In this document: in pieces, positions 18,741 to 28,449 of the stretch | How positions within the stretch are numbered: the stretch's first letter is position 1 | Layout of the letters: each line of letters starts with the position of its first letter | Source: Nitrososphaerota archaeon | GTDB lineage: Archaea; Thermoproteota; Nitrososphaeria; PSMU01 | Direction of reading: 5' to 3' | Length of the DNA: 64,000 bases | Assembly: GCA_040290255.1 (NCBI GenBank) | Contig: PSMU01000001.1 | Coordinates: 320,001-384,000, forward strand | Translations under genes and position numbers: made by a program | The notes under the pieces: generated by a model | Database searches by the model: none | What the model saw: only the letters and a program-made list of their open reading frames with translations | Told to the model about the DNA's origin: nothing

Positions 18741-19697
18741 CTACTCCCTCAGCGGGCCGGCGAGGTCCGCCAGGTCCACCCAGAGGCCCGCTATATCGAG
18801 GAGCAGGGAGCAGACGACGGCCAGCTCGGCCCCGCGGTTGGAGGAGAGCAGGGTGCCCGCCAGCTCCCTGGCGCGCTCATACGTCTCGTGCGCTGCGAGC
18901 GTGCGGCCCATATCCCTGGAGAGGAAGGCCCCAAAGGCCTGCTCCTGTCCTTCCTTAAGGAGGGCCAGCAGCCTGAGAAGCCCTTCCCCTTCATGCCCAA
19001 GGCGGGGCGCCTGAGCGAGCGCCACCGCCTTATCTCCTATTCCCTCGAGCAGCTGTGAGGCCACCCTGAAGTCCAGCAGCCGGAGCGGCGACAGGCCCAG
19101 CCGGAGCGCCAGCGAGGGGTCCGAGGCCGCGCCCCTCAGCAGCCTCACGAGGTAAAAATAGAGCCTATCCACGACCTCATCCTCGTCCAGCACCTTCTTG
19201 GGCTCCTCCCTTCCCAGGGCCGCCTCCAGGGCCCACCGCTGCATCTTGAGCGTGCTGACGTGCATCCTCCTCAGCGCCTGCTCCGGCGCTAGGCCCGAGG
19301 CATCGGCCATAACTCGCAGCAGCAGCTCGCCGTCCTCCTCGACCAGCTCCAGGCCCAGCAGTTTGGAGGTCAGGGCCCTTATCAGCTGCCTTGCCCCCTC
19401 GGCCATCCCCTTCTCGGCGCTAATGCGTATATCATCATATCCATCTAGGTATGCGGCGACGAGCTCGTTGTAGAAGGCCCCCTCCTGGCCCTGTGCATAC
19501 CTCAGCGAGATCGACCTGCGGGCGGCCTGAGCCCCTTTCCAGGGCAGCAGCAGCAGCACCCTGCCCTCTATCCTGGCCTCAAGCGGGTCGCCCTTCTTAA
19601 GGCCCAGGGCCTTGGCCCACGCATGAGGAACCGCGACCACCAGCGAGCCGCCGCTCCTCTGAAGGCGCCTCAGCTCGGTCCTAGGCGCTTGATACAT
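18741..19697 (-). CDS. AbrB-PhoU phosphate-uptake-regulator family protein
   Basis: RRLQRSGGSLVVAVPHAWAKALGLKKGD AbrB domain; AAYLDGYD and DEDEVVDRLYF PhoU repeats. Confidence 0.88.
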   Translation of the reverse strand: MYQAPRTELRRLQRSGGSLVVAVPHAWAKALGLKKGDPLEARIEGRVLLLLPWKGAQAARRSISLRYAQGQEGAFYNELVAAYLDGYDDIRISAEKGMAEGARQLIRALTSKLLGLELVEEDGELLLRVMADASGLAPEQALRRMHVSTLKMQRWALEAALGREEPKKVLDEDEVVDRLYFYLVRLLRGAASDPSLALRLGLSPLRLLDFRVASQLLEGIGDKAVALAQAPRLGHEGEGLLRLLALLKEGQEQAFGAFLSRDMGRTLAAHETYERARELAGTLLSSNRGAELAVVCSLLLDIAGLWVDLADLAGPLRE

Positions 19698-19730
19698 ATC
19701 AATATGTATTGAATGTATGCAATATTGATA
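19692..19730. promoter_or_regulatory. AT-rich divergent promoter with nested inverted repeats (candidate operator)
   Basis: ATACATAT-ca-ATATGTAT at 19692-19709, and TATCAATAT (19697-19705) / ATATTGATA (19722-19730). Confidence 0.6.
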
Positions 19731-19753
19731 AGGTTTGCTCACGTGGTGGGCCC

Positions 19754-20695
19754 GTGCCCCCCTCCGTGCTCGTGCCCGCCCATATAACGGGCTTCTTCTA
19801 TCCGCTGCTGGACTCACCGGATCCGCTACGCCAGGGCTCGCTGGGCGCGGGCGTCTCGCTGCAGATGGGCATGCGCACCGAGGCCGAGTTCCTTGAGGGA
19901 GAGCAGGGGAGCGTGGAGGTCTGGATAAATGGGGAGCAGGTCGAGGAGGCCCCCGTCAGCCGGCGCGTGGGCGAGCTGCTCCTGCTCTGGAGCCGGAAGA
20001 GCGGTAAGCTCGTCCTGAGGCATGAGGCCTACGCCCCCATAGGCGCGGGCTTCGGCATGAGCGGCGCGGCGGCGCTCGGCGCGGCCCTCGCGGGGGCCAG
20101 GGCGCTGGGCCTGGCCCTAAGGCCCCTTCAGCTCGCCCAACTGGCCCACCTGGTGGAGGTGGAGCAGCGCACGGGGCTGGGCACGGTGATAGCCGAGTAC
20201 TATGGAGGCCTCGAGCTGAGGCTCAGGCCCGGCGCGCCCGGCATAGGCCAGCTGATCAAGCTGAAGCTCGCCGAACCATATTACGTGCTGGCCTCGTACA
20301 ATGGGCCGATGAGCACCCGGGCCCTGCTCTCCAGCCAGGAGGTCCTGAGCGAGGTGAGGGCCCTTGCCCCTTCCCTCCTGGCGCGCCTGCTCAGGGAGCC
20401 CAGCGCCGAGCTGTTCATGAGGCTGAGCCACGAGTTCTCGCTCGCGCTCACCGGCGTGCCGGGCGCCGTGAAGGAGGAGCTGAGGAGGCTTAGGCAGGAG
20501 GGCCTGCTCATGGCCATGGCGATGTTCGGCCACACGTACTTCACGCTCGTGCCCGAGTCCCGGCTCGACGAGGAAAGGAGGAGGGCCTCGCAGCTGATCG
20601 CGGGGCGCAGGCTCTACCTCGCCAGGGTGGATGAGGAGGGCTTGGAGGGAAGGCTGCTCTATGAGGATCCCGCCCAACCATCCCAGGGCCGCTAG
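19754..20695 (+). CDS. pok: Pantoate kinase (GHMP family)
   Basis: VPAHITGFF, GSLGAG, PIGAGFGMSGA and AHLVEV..RTGLGTV. Confidence 0.92.
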   Translation: MPPSVLVPAHITGFFYPLLDSPDPLRQGSLGAGVSLQMGMRTEAEFLEGEQGSVEVWINGEQVEEAPVSRRVGELLLLWSRKSGKLVLRHEAYAPIGAGFGMSGAAALGAALAGARALGLALRPLQLAQLAHLVEVEQRTGLGTVIAEYYGGLELRLRPGAPGIGQLIKLKLAEPYYVLASYNGPMSTRALLSSQEVLSEVRALAPSLLARLLREPSAELFMRLSHEFSLALTGVPGAVKEELRRLRQEGLLMAMAMFGHTYFTLVPESRLDEERRRASQLIAGRRLYLARVDEEGLEGRLLYEDPAQPSQGR

Positions 20696-21437
20696 CCTTA
20701 TCATCAGGGAGAGGCTGGTGGAGGCATACCGGCAGGGCATCGTCGCGCCCGAGGGGCTCCTCGCCCACGGCAGGGGGGAGGCCTTCGATTACCTTCTTGG
20801 CGAGAGGACCATACCGGAGGCGGAGAGCGCGATCGAGGCCGCCGCCGCGCTGCTCCTCCTGGCGGCCAGGCCGGTGATCTCTGTCAACGGCAACGCCTGC
20901 GCGCTTGCGGCCGAGGAGCTGGTCAAGCTCTCGAAGGTCACGGGCGCGCGCCTGGAGGTGAACCTCTTCTACAGGACGAGGCAGAGGGAGGAGGCGATCG
21001 CGCGGCGGCTGAAGGAGGCGGGGGCCGAGGAGGTCTACGGCGTGGGCGAGCAGGCCTCGGCGACGATCCCCGAGCTCTCCAGCGAAAGGAGGCGCGTGGA
21101 CCCCCGGGGCATCCTGGCGGCCGATGTGGTGCTCGTGCCGCTCGAGGATGGCGACAGGACCGAGGCCCTCAGGAGGCTGGGCAAGCAGGTGATCGCCATA
21201 GACCTGAACCCCCTCTCCAGAACGGCCCGCATGGCCACGGTGACGATCGTCGATAACATCGTGAGGGCGCTGCCCCGGCTAGTTCAGGCCTGCGCAACGC
21301 TGAGGACCCTAGGAAGGGAGGAGCTGGCCTCGAGGGTATCCTCCTTCAACAACGAGCGAAACCTAAGGGCCGCGCTGGCCAGGATCCTGGAGGGCCTGAG
21401 AAGGCTGGCGGGTGAGGAGGATGGCGGAGAGGGTTAG
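20661..21437 (+). CDS. pps: 4-phosphopantoate--beta-alanine ligase (phosphopantothenate synthetase)
   Basis: IPPNHPR, AHGRGEAFDYLLGE, ISVNGN, LEDGDR and IDLNPLSRT. Confidence 0.95.
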   Translation: MRIPPNHPRAASLIIRERLVEAYRQGIVAPEGLLAHGRGEAFDYLLGERTIPEAESAIEAAAALLLLAARPVISVNGNACALAAEELVKLSKVTGARLEVNLFYRTRQREEAIARRLKEAGAEEVYGVGEQASATIPELSSERRRVDPRGILAADVVLVPLEDGDRTEALRRLGKQVIAIDLNPLSRTARMATVTIVDNIVRALPRLVQACATLRTLGREELASRVSSFNNERNLRAALARILEGLRRLAGEEDGGEG

Positions 21438-22290
21438 GAAGGTCTCGGTGCAGGACCTCTGGGAGAAGAAGGCCAGGGGCGAAAAGATCGTGATGGTGAC
21501 GGCCTACGATTATCCCTCGGCCAGGGCCGCGGAGGAGGCGGGCGTGGACGTGATCCTCGTGGGGGACTCGGGGGCCATGGTCGTGCTGGGCTATGAGGAT
21601 ACCAGGCCCGTGACGATGGAGGAGATGCTCGTGCTCTCGAGGGCCGTGGCCCGGGGCGCGAGGAGGCCCCTGCTCGTCGGGGACATGCCCTTCATGTCCT
21701 TTCAGGCGGGCGTCGAGGAGGCCCTAAGAAATGCCGGGCGCTTTATAAAGGAGGGGGGCATGGATGCGGTGAAGATCGAGGGCGGCGCCGAGCAGGCGCG
21801 GGTGGTAAGGGCCCTGACCGAGGCGGGCATCCCCGTCATGGGCCACATAGGCTTCACGCCCCAGAGCGTGCCCATCTGGAAGGGCTACCGCTCCCAGGGC
21901 AAGAAGGCCGAGGACGCGCTCAGGCTGCTGGAGGATGCGGTGGCGCTCGAGGAGGCGGGCGCCTTCTGCATAGTGCTCGAGATGGTCACGGCCGAGGCGG
22001 CGGAGGCGATCACGGCCCGGCTCAGGATACCTACGATAGGCATAGGCTCGGGCCCCGGCTGTGACGGACAGGTGCTCGTGCTGCACGACCTGATCGGATA
22101 TTACGATAGGTTCACGCCCAAGTTCGCGAAGCGGTATGCCGATGTGAGGGGCATCGTGCTTCAGGCGCTGAGGGCCTATAGGGAGGAGGTGCTGGGGGGC
22201 CACTTCCCGGGCGAGGAGCATCTATTCAGGATGGAGCCCGGCGAGCGGGAGAAGTTCCTGGCCCGGCTGGCGGCGTGGAGGCGGGCATAG
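21421..22290 (+). CDS. panB: 3-methyl-2-oxobutanoate hydroxymethyltransferase
   Basis: MVTAYDY, ILVGDS, DMPFMS, VKIEGG and GHIGFTPQ. Confidence 0.97.
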   Translation: MAERVRKVSVQDLWEKKARGEKIVMVTAYDYPSARAAEEAGVDVILVGDSGAMVVLGYEDTRPVTMEEMLVLSRAVARGARRPLLVGDMPFMSFQAGVEEALRNAGRFIKEGGMDAVKIEGGAEQARVVRALTEAGIPVMGHIGFTPQSVPIWKGYRSQGKKAEDALRLLEDAVALEEAGAFCIVLEMVTAEAAEAITARLRIPTIGIGSGPGCDGQVLVLHDLIGYYDRFTPKFAKRYADVRGIVLQALRAYREEVLGGHFPGEEHLFRMEPGEREKFLARLAAWRRA

Positions 22291-23198
22291 TGGGCGCCGG
22301 CGCGGTGGGCAGGCTCCTGGCCTGCCTGCTGAGCCTCGGCGGGGCCCGGGTGACGCTCTATGCCAGGGACGAGGCGAAGAGGAGGGCCCTGGAGCAGCAG
22401 GGGCTAAGGCTCGAGGGGCCGGAGGGAGTGAAAACGGCCAGCGTGAAGCTGGCCCGCGGTCCCGAGGAGCTGGCCGAAGCGGGCTTCGTCATCCTGGCCA
22501 CCAAGGCGCACCAGCTGGAGGGCGCGCTGCAGGAGCTGCGCCCGGTGCTGGCCAGGGGCCCCTGCCTCGTGCTCGTGCAGAACGGCATGGGCTTTCAGGA
22601 GAGGGTGGCCCAATCCGTGGGGCCCGAGAGGCTGGTGGTGGCCTCGCTATATATAGGGGCCCAGCTGCGCGATGAGGGCAGCGTGCTGTATGCGGGAGGC
22701 AGCGATGTGGAGCTCGCCGCGCTGGCGCCCTCCGCCCGCGGCCGCCTGGAGGAGGCCTCTCGCCTCTTCGCGGCCGGCGGGCTTCGCGTGCGCATCAGGC
22801 AGGACTGGAGGGCCATGCTCTGGGAGAAGCTCATCGTGAATTCGGCCATAAATCCCATCACGGCGCTGAGCGGGCTCTCGAACGGCGAGGTGCTGCAGGT
22901 CCCCTCGCTTGCCCGGCTGCTGGTGCGCGTGGCGCACGAGAGCTATAGGGTCGCGCTGGCGGAGGGCATAGGGCCCTCCTTCACGGACCCCGCGGCCAAG
23001 GTGCTGGAGGCCTGCAGGAGCACGGCCTCCAACAGGTCCTCCATGCTACAGGACCTGCAGGCCGGCAGGAGGACCGAGGTCGACTTCATCAACGGATACA
23101 TCGTGGAGAAGGCCCAGGAGAGGGGCGTGGAGGCGCCTTTGAACCTGGCGCTTTATGCCCTGGTCAAGGGGAGGGAGAGGGCGCTTGGCGTCGGCTGA
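22275..23198 (+). CDS. panE: Ketopantoate reductase
   Basis: GAGAVG, QNGMG, WEKLIVNSAINP and SSMLQD...RTEVDFING. Confidence 0.95.
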   Translation: MEAGIVGAGAVGRLLACLLSLGGARVTLYARDEAKRRALEQQGLRLEGPEGVKTASVKLARGPEELAEAGFVILATKAHQLEGALQELRPVLARGPCLVLVQNGMGFQERVAQSVGPERLVVASLYIGAQLRDEGSVLYAGGSDVELAALAPSARGRLEEASRLFAAGGLRVRIRQDWRAMLWEKLIVNSAINPITALSGLSNGEVLQVPSLARLLVRVAHESYRVALAEGIGPSFTDPAAKVLEACRSTASNRSSMLQDLQAGRRTEVDFINGYIVEKAQERGVEAPLNLALYALVKGRERALGVG

Positions 23199-24417
23199 GG
23201 GCTATAGGCCCGCCTCGGAGATAAGGGGCACGAAGGGCAACCGGCTGCAGGGCGTGAATGTGATCCTGGGCATCTGTGGGAGCATAGCGGCGCTGGAGAG
23301 CTACAGGGTGGCCAGGGAGCTGATAAGGGAGGGGGCCGAGGTGTGGCCCGTGCTCACGCCCAGCGCCAGGAGGCTCGTGAGCGAGGAGGCGCTCTGGTGG
23401 GCCACGGGCAACAGGCCCATCACCCGGCTCACGGGCGCGCTGGAGCATGTGCTGCTGCTCAAGAAGCAGAACCCCGTCATGCTCATAGCCCCCGCCACGG
23501 CCAACACGCTCGCTAAGATCGCGGCGGGCATCGATGATACGCCCGTCACGAGCCTTGCCTCCGTCGCCCTGGGCCTGGGCGTGCCGCTGCTCGCCGCGCC
23601 GGCCATGCACGAGCCCATGTACAGGAACCCCTTCGTGGCCCAGGCGATGAAGAGGCTGAGGGAGGCGGGCATCCTCTTCATCGAGCCCAAGGTGGAGGAG
23701 GAGAAGGCGAAGATGGCCGAGCCCGAGAGGATCCTGGAGGCCGTCGTGGCGGCGGTCAGCCCCCCGCTCAGGGGGCGCCGGCTGCTGATCACGGCGGGGC
23801 CCACCGTGGAGCACTTGGATCCCGTGCGCGTAATAACGAACAGGAGCAGCGGGCTGATGGGCCTTGAGCTGGCCAGGGAGGCGCGCAGAAGGGGCGCGGA
23901 GGTGACGCTCATCCTGGGCCCCACGCCCCTGGAGCCCCCGCCGGGCGTGCGCGTGCTCAGGGCGCTGAGCGCCTCCCAGATGGCGGAGCTCGTGGCCTCG
24001 GAGCTGGCCTCCGGCGAGTATCATGCCGTGCTCGCGGCCGCGGCGCCGGCGGACTTCAGGCCCACATCCCCTTCGAGGCGCAAGCTGGACAGCCGCGTGC
24101 GCAGGCTCAGGCTGGAGCTGGTGCCCACGCCGAAGGTCATCGGCCAGGTCAAGAGGCTGAGGCCCGGCGCGCTGCTGGTCGCCTTTAAGGCGGAGCCCAG
24201 CGCAAGCGCGCTGAGGAGGAGGGCGCCGCTGCTCTTCAAGGAGGCGGGCGCGGACCTCGTCGTGGCCAACGAGGCCGCGGAGGGCTATGGCCCGGGCGAA
24301 GTGCGCCAGAGGGGCTTCATCCTCGACCGGCAGGGCCGCAGGCTCTCCTTCGAGGCCGACAAGGCCTCGCTGGCCTCGCTCATCCTGGACCTGGTGCAGG
24401 AGAGGCTGAAGGCATGA
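23185..24417 (+). CDS. coaBC: Bifunctional phosphopantothenoylcysteine decarboxylase/synthetase
   Basis: GSIAA, APATANTLAK, PAMHEPM and ITAGPT.E.LDPVRVITNRSSG; start approximate. Confidence 0.95.
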   Translation: MASAEGYRPASEIRGTKGNRLQGVNVILGICGSIAALESYRVARELIREGAEVWPVLTPSARRLVSEEALWWATGNRPITRLTGALEHVLLLKKQNPVMLIAPATANTLAKIAAGIDDTPVTSLASVALGLGVPLLAAPAMHEPMYRNPFVAQAMKRLREAGILFIEPKVEEEKAKMAEPERILEAVVAAVSPPLRGRRLLITAGPTVEHLDPVRVITNRSSGLMGLELAREARRRGAEVTLILGPTPLEPPPGVRVLRALSASQMAELVASELASGEYHAVLAAAAPADFRPTSPSRRKLDSRVRRLRLELVPTPKVIGQVKRLRPGALLVAFKAEPSASALRRRAPLLFKEAGADLVVANEAAEGYGPGEVRQRGFILDRQGRRLSFEADKASLASLILDLVQERLKA

Positions 24418-24971
24418 AGGGCCCGCTCTTCGCGCTCACGGGCCCCCCGGGCTCGGGCAAGACGACGCTGGCGCTGAGGCTCGTGCAGGACATAAGGGCC
24501 CAGGGCCATGCGGCGGGAGGCGTCATCAGCCTGGAGGTAAGGGAGGGCGGTAGGAGGACGGGGTTCGTGATGAGGGACCTGCTCACGGGCGAGCAGGAGC
24601 TCCTGGCGACGACGAAGGGGGGCCGGGGCCCGAGGCTGGGGCGCTACTTCGTGAACGTAGAGGGCATAGGCGGCTTCTGCAGGAGGGCCCTGGAGAGGGC
24701 CAGGCAGCAGGGCGGGCTGGTGGTCGTGGATGAGGTGGGGCCCATGGAGCTGCTGAGCGAGGAGTTCGTGGGGGCGGTGGAGGAGGCGCTGGGCTGGGGA
24801 AGGCCGCTGCTCGTGGTGCTGCACCAGAGGAGCGCCCATGCCCTGGCGAGCAGGATAAGGGCCAGCGCGAGGGCGCTCTACTCCCTGGCCGAGAGGCCCC
24901 CCGAGCTCGTGCGCCGGGAGCTGCTGGAGGCGCTGCTGGCCGAGCTTCGGGCGGCTAAGCCTTATTATTAG
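24414..24971 (+). CDS. THEP1/NTPase (COG1618)
   Basis: LTGPPGSGKTT, EVREGGRRTGF, GRYFVN and VDEVGPMEL. Confidence 0.92.
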   Translation: MKGPLFALTGPPGSGKTTLALRLVQDIRAQGHAAGGVISLEVREGGRRTGFVMRDLLTGEQELLATTKGGRGPRLGRYFVNVEGIGGFCRRALERARQQGGLVVVDEVGPMELLSEEFVGAVEEALGWGRPLLVVLHQRSAHALASRIRASARALYSLAERPPELVRRELLEALLAELRAAKPYY

Positions 24972-24972
24972 G

Positions 24973-27900
24973 GTGCGCGCGCCTCGCGCCGTGTTCATAA
25001 AGCGCGTCGAGCTCCAGGGCTTCAAGTCGGTGGGCCAGCGCCCGCTCTCCCTGCAGTTGGAGAGGGGGCTCACCGTGATCACCGGCCCCAACGGCTCGGG
25101 CAAGAGCAACGTGCTCGACGCCATCGCCTTCTGCCTGGGCGAGTCAAGCCTCAAGAGGCTGAGGGCGAACCGGCTGAGCGCGCTCATTCACTCCTCCGGG
25201 GGCCGGGCGCTGGACCGGTGCCGGGTCTCGGTGACGCTGGATAACAACGACGGCGTCCTGCCCATCGAGGCGAGCACGGTGATCGTGGCCAGGGAGATGG
25301 ATGCGTCCGGCGAGAGCCGCTTCTACGTGAACGGCAGGAGGGTGAGCAAGGGCGAGCTGGAGGACCTGCTCTCCGCGGCGGGGCTCCTGCCCGGGGGGCT
25401 CTGGATGCTGCCCCAGGGCACCGTCACCAGGGTCGCGGACCTGAACCCCGTGGAGAGGAGGAGGCTCGTGGAGGAGCTGGCGGGCCTCGAGAGGTTCGAG
25501 GCGAAGAAGGCCGAGGCGCTGAAGGAGCTCGAGGAGGCGGACCGAAGGCTCGAGTTCCACAGGGGCCAGGTGGGCATCAGGAGGGAGGAGCTGCTGGAGC
25601 TCGAGGCGCAGAGGAACGAGCGGCTGAGGCTCCGGCTGCTGGAGAGGTACCTAAGGCGCCTAAGGGCTTCAAGGCTGGCCCAGGAGCTGCTGGAGCTCAG
25701 CGCCCAGGCCGAGGAGGCCGAGCGCGCGTTGGGCCAGAAGGAGCAGGAGAGGGCGAGGCTCGAGCAGGAGAGGGAGGCGCTGCTCGCCTCGCTGGAGCAG
25801 CTGGAGCGCCAGAGGCAGGGCCTGATGGCCTCGCTTGTCGGGGAGGGCAGGGGCCCGGCCGAGCTGGCCTACCTCATATCGGAGAAGGAGGGTAGGCTGG
25901 GGCAGCTGGAGAGGAGGAGGCAGGAGCTGGCCGAGGAGAGGGCAAGGCTGCAGGCCGGGCTCGAGGACCTGGCCCGGGCGCGGGCCAAGAACCTGGAGGA
26001 GAGGGCAAGGCTCAGGGGCGAGCTGGAGGCGCTGCGCCTAAAGCTGCGGGAGCTCGAAGGGGAGAAGCGCGCCAGGCTCTCACAGCTTAGGGCCGAGGAG
26101 AGGGAGGCGAGGAGGCTGAGCGCCCTTCTGGCGAGGAGGACCACGGAGCAGCAGAGGCTGGAGCAGAGGGCCAGGGCGCTGGCCAAGAGGAGGGATGCGC
26201 TGCTGGTCAGGTTCCTGGCCGAGCAGGAGAGGGCCAGGGCGCTGAGGGAGAGGATACAGGGGCTCGCGAGGAGGGTCCAGGAGGCCAGGGCCACGCAGGA
26301 GGCGCTGGAGAAGGCGCTGGCGGGGCTGGAGGAGCTCAGGGGCGGCGTCCTCAGCGAGGCGAAGCAGGAGAGGGAGGCCCTTGAGCGCCTGCACGCGAGG
26401 TGGGGCGAGGCCCTTCAGAACCTCTCCTTCGCGCAGAGGGCCCTGCAGGAGGGCTATGCGCTGCTGCTCTCCTCCGGCGAGAGGCTCGCGGGGCCGGCGG
26501 AGGCAAAGCTGGAGGAGCTCTATAGGAAGGGGGTCTGCGGGGAATACCTGGGGCGGCTGGAGGAGCTGCTGGGCAGCGCCGAGCCGGCGCTGCTCGCCGC
26601 GCTGGGCCCCTGGCGCTATGCGCATGTCTTCAGGGAGGCCTCGGCCCTCCCAAAGGCGCTCAGGCTGGCCGAGAGGCTCGACCTTCACCCCCTCCTTGCC
26701 TGCGCGGAGCTCGCCCCGGAGCGCCCTGCGCCCTTGCCCGAGGGCGCAAGGGCCTGGGTGGCGGAGCTCGTGGCGAACCCGGAGCTAAGGGGGCTCGTGC
26801 ACAGGCTCTCCGGCGGGGCCCTCCTGGCGGAGGACAGGCGCTCGGCGCTCGCGCTGGCGCGGGAGGGCTACAGGGCCGTGCTTCAGGATGGGGAGCTCTA
26901 TGAAGGCGGCGCCAGCGGGGCCCTTAGGCCCTACCTGCTGCCCCCCTCCCAGGCAAGGGCGATCACGTCGGACCTCAGGGCCCTGCAGGAGGCGGTGGGC
27001 CGGCTGCTGAACAGGGCGCTGGAGATGGTGAGGGAGGGCACGAGGAGGCTGGCCCAGCTGGAGAGGAAGGTGGCCCGCCATGCCTCGCTGGAGGGGGAGG
27101 CGCTGGCCTTCAGGAGGGTGGGCAGGAGGGCCCTCAGGGCCCTGGCCCAGCTCGAGGCGCTGCGCGCCAGGCTGGAGGAGAGGCTCGCCGCCCGCGAAAG
27201 GGCCCTGGGCCAGCTGAAGCAGGCGCTTGAAGCCCTCACGGCCAAGGGGCAGGAGCTGGAGGAGCAGCTCAGGGGCCTGACGCTGCCCGAGCTCCGCGAG
27301 GCGCTGCAGCGCTCTCAGGCTCGGCAGGCGCAGCTGAGGGATGAGCTCTTCGAGGTGGAGAAGCGGATGGGCGAGTGGAGGGGCCGGCTCCCGCCGCTGA
27401 GGGCCGAGCTGCGCACGCTGCTGGAGCAGGCGCGGCGCATAGCGGAGCAGGCCAGCCAGGCGAGGCTGAGGCTAAAGCAGCTGGCCCAGGAGCTGCCCAG
27501 GCTGGGGGGCGAGCTCGAGCAGGAGAGGCAGGCGCTCGAGGCGCTGGCCAAGGAGAGGGAGGCCCTGATGGAGAAGCTGAGGTCCATACAGCCGACCCTG
27601 GATGCCCTGGGCCAGGAGAGGGAGAGGCTGGAGCTGCGCAGGAGGGAGCTGGAGGCCTCGCTCAGCAGGCTGGACAGGGAGGCCTCGGCGCTCAGGGGGC
27701 AGCTGGCCCGGCTGGAGGCCAGAAGGGAGGCGGCCTCTCGCTCGCTGCAGGAGCTGGGCGAGGAGGCGCGCCCCCTGGCCGGCGAGGAGCTGGAGCGGGC
27801 GCTCTCGGAGCTGGAGCAGGAGAGGGCCTCGCTGGCCGAGCGCGTCAACATGGCGGCCGAGGAGGCCTATGAGGCCCTCTATAGGGGGTACCGCTCGCTC

Positions 27901-28449
27901 TCCCAGAGGCTTAGGCAGCTCGAGCTGGAGAGGGAGGCGATCGTGAAGGCGATAGAGGAGGTCGAGGCCCAGAAGAGGGGCGAGTTCCTGAAGCTCTACA
28001 CGCGCCTGAACGAGGGCCTGCAGCAGGTCTTCGCCGAGCTGACGGGGGGCACGGCCCGGCTCGAGCTGGAGGACCCCGAGACGATCTTCAACGGGGGGCT
28101 CTTCCTGCTCGCCTCCTTCCCCGGCAAGGATGAAAGGGAATCGAACGCGCTCAGCGGGGGCGAGAGGACGGCCGCCGCGCTCAGCTTCTCGCTGGCGGTG
28201 CAGGCGCTGAGCCCCTCGCCCATCCTCGTGCTGGACGAGGTGGACGCGCACCTGGACTACCAGAACGCGCAGCGGTTCGCGGAGGTGCTCGCGCAGAGGG
28301 CCCGGCAGAGGCAGATCATCGTCACGAGCCTCAGGGAGTCGATGGTGGCCGCCGCGGACTTGGTCTACGGGCTGTACAGCGTGGATGGCCTGACCAGGGC
28401 CGTGAGGTACAGGCCGCTGGTGGGGGTGAAGAGCGCTGGAGGGGGCTGA
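24973..28449 (+). CDS. smc: Chromosome segregation protein SMC
   Basis: GFKS, GPNGSGKSN, Q-loop, two long coiled coils around a hinge, LSGGE and LDEVDAHLD. Confidence 0.96.
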   Translation: MRAPRAVFIKRVELQGFKSVGQRPLSLQLERGLTVITGPNGSGKSNVLDAIAFCLGESSLKRLRANRLSALIHSSGGRALDRCRVSVTLDNNDGVLPIEASTVIVAREMDASGESRFYVNGRRVSKGELEDLLSAAGLLPGGLWMLPQGTVTRVADLNPVERRRLVEELAGLERFEAKKAEALKELEEADRRLEFHRGQVGIRREELLELEAQRNERLRLRLLERYLRRLRASRLAQELLELSAQAEEAERALGQKEQERARLEQEREALLASLEQLERQRQGLMASLVGEGRGPAELAYLISEKEGRLGQLERRRQELAEERARLQAGLEDLARARAKNLEERARLRGELEALRLKLRELEGEKRARLSQLRAEEREARRLSALLARRTTEQQRLEQRARALAKRRDALLVRFLAEQERARALRERIQGLARRVQEARATQEALEKALAGLEELRGGVLSEAKQEREALERLHARWGEALQNLSFAQRALQEGYALLLSSGERLAGPAEAKLEELYRKGVCGEYLGRLEELLGSAEPALLAALGPWRYAHVFREASALPKALRLAERLDLHPLLACAELAPERPAPLPEGARAWVAELVANPELRGLVHRLSGGALLAEDRRSALALAREGYRAVLQDGELYEGGASGALRPYLLPPSQARAITSDLRALQEAVGRLLNRALEMVREGTRRLAQLERKVARHASLEGEALAFRRVGRRALRALAQLEALRARLEERLAARERALGQLKQALEALTAKGQELEEQLRGLTLPELREALQRSQARQAQLRDELFEVEKRMGEWRGRLPPLRAELRTLLEQARRIAEQASQARLRLKQLAQELPRLGGELEQERQALEALAKEREALMEKLRSIQPTLDALGQERERLELRRRELEASLSRLDREASALRGQLARLEARREAASRSLQELGEEARPLAGEELERALSELEQERASLAERVNMAAEEAYEALYRGYRSLSQRLRQLELEREAIVKAIEEVEAQKRGEFLKLYTRLNEGLQQVFAELTGGTARLELEDPETIFNGGLFLLASFPGKDERESNALSGGERTAAALSFSLAVQALSPSPILVLDEVDAHLDYQNAQRFAEVLAQRARQRQIIVTSLRESMVAAADLVYGLYSVDGLTRAVRYRPLVGVKSAGGG

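Noticed and set aside
23185-24417. CoaBC lacking the bacterial ACGDxG cysteine motif (has EEEKAK)
   Set aside because: This variant is typical of archaeal CoaBC proteins
25600-27950. Repetitive gagctg/gagagg-rich sequence in smc and in 4666-5511
   Set aside because: Reflects E/L/R/A-rich coiled-coil coding, not a DNA repeat array or CRISPR
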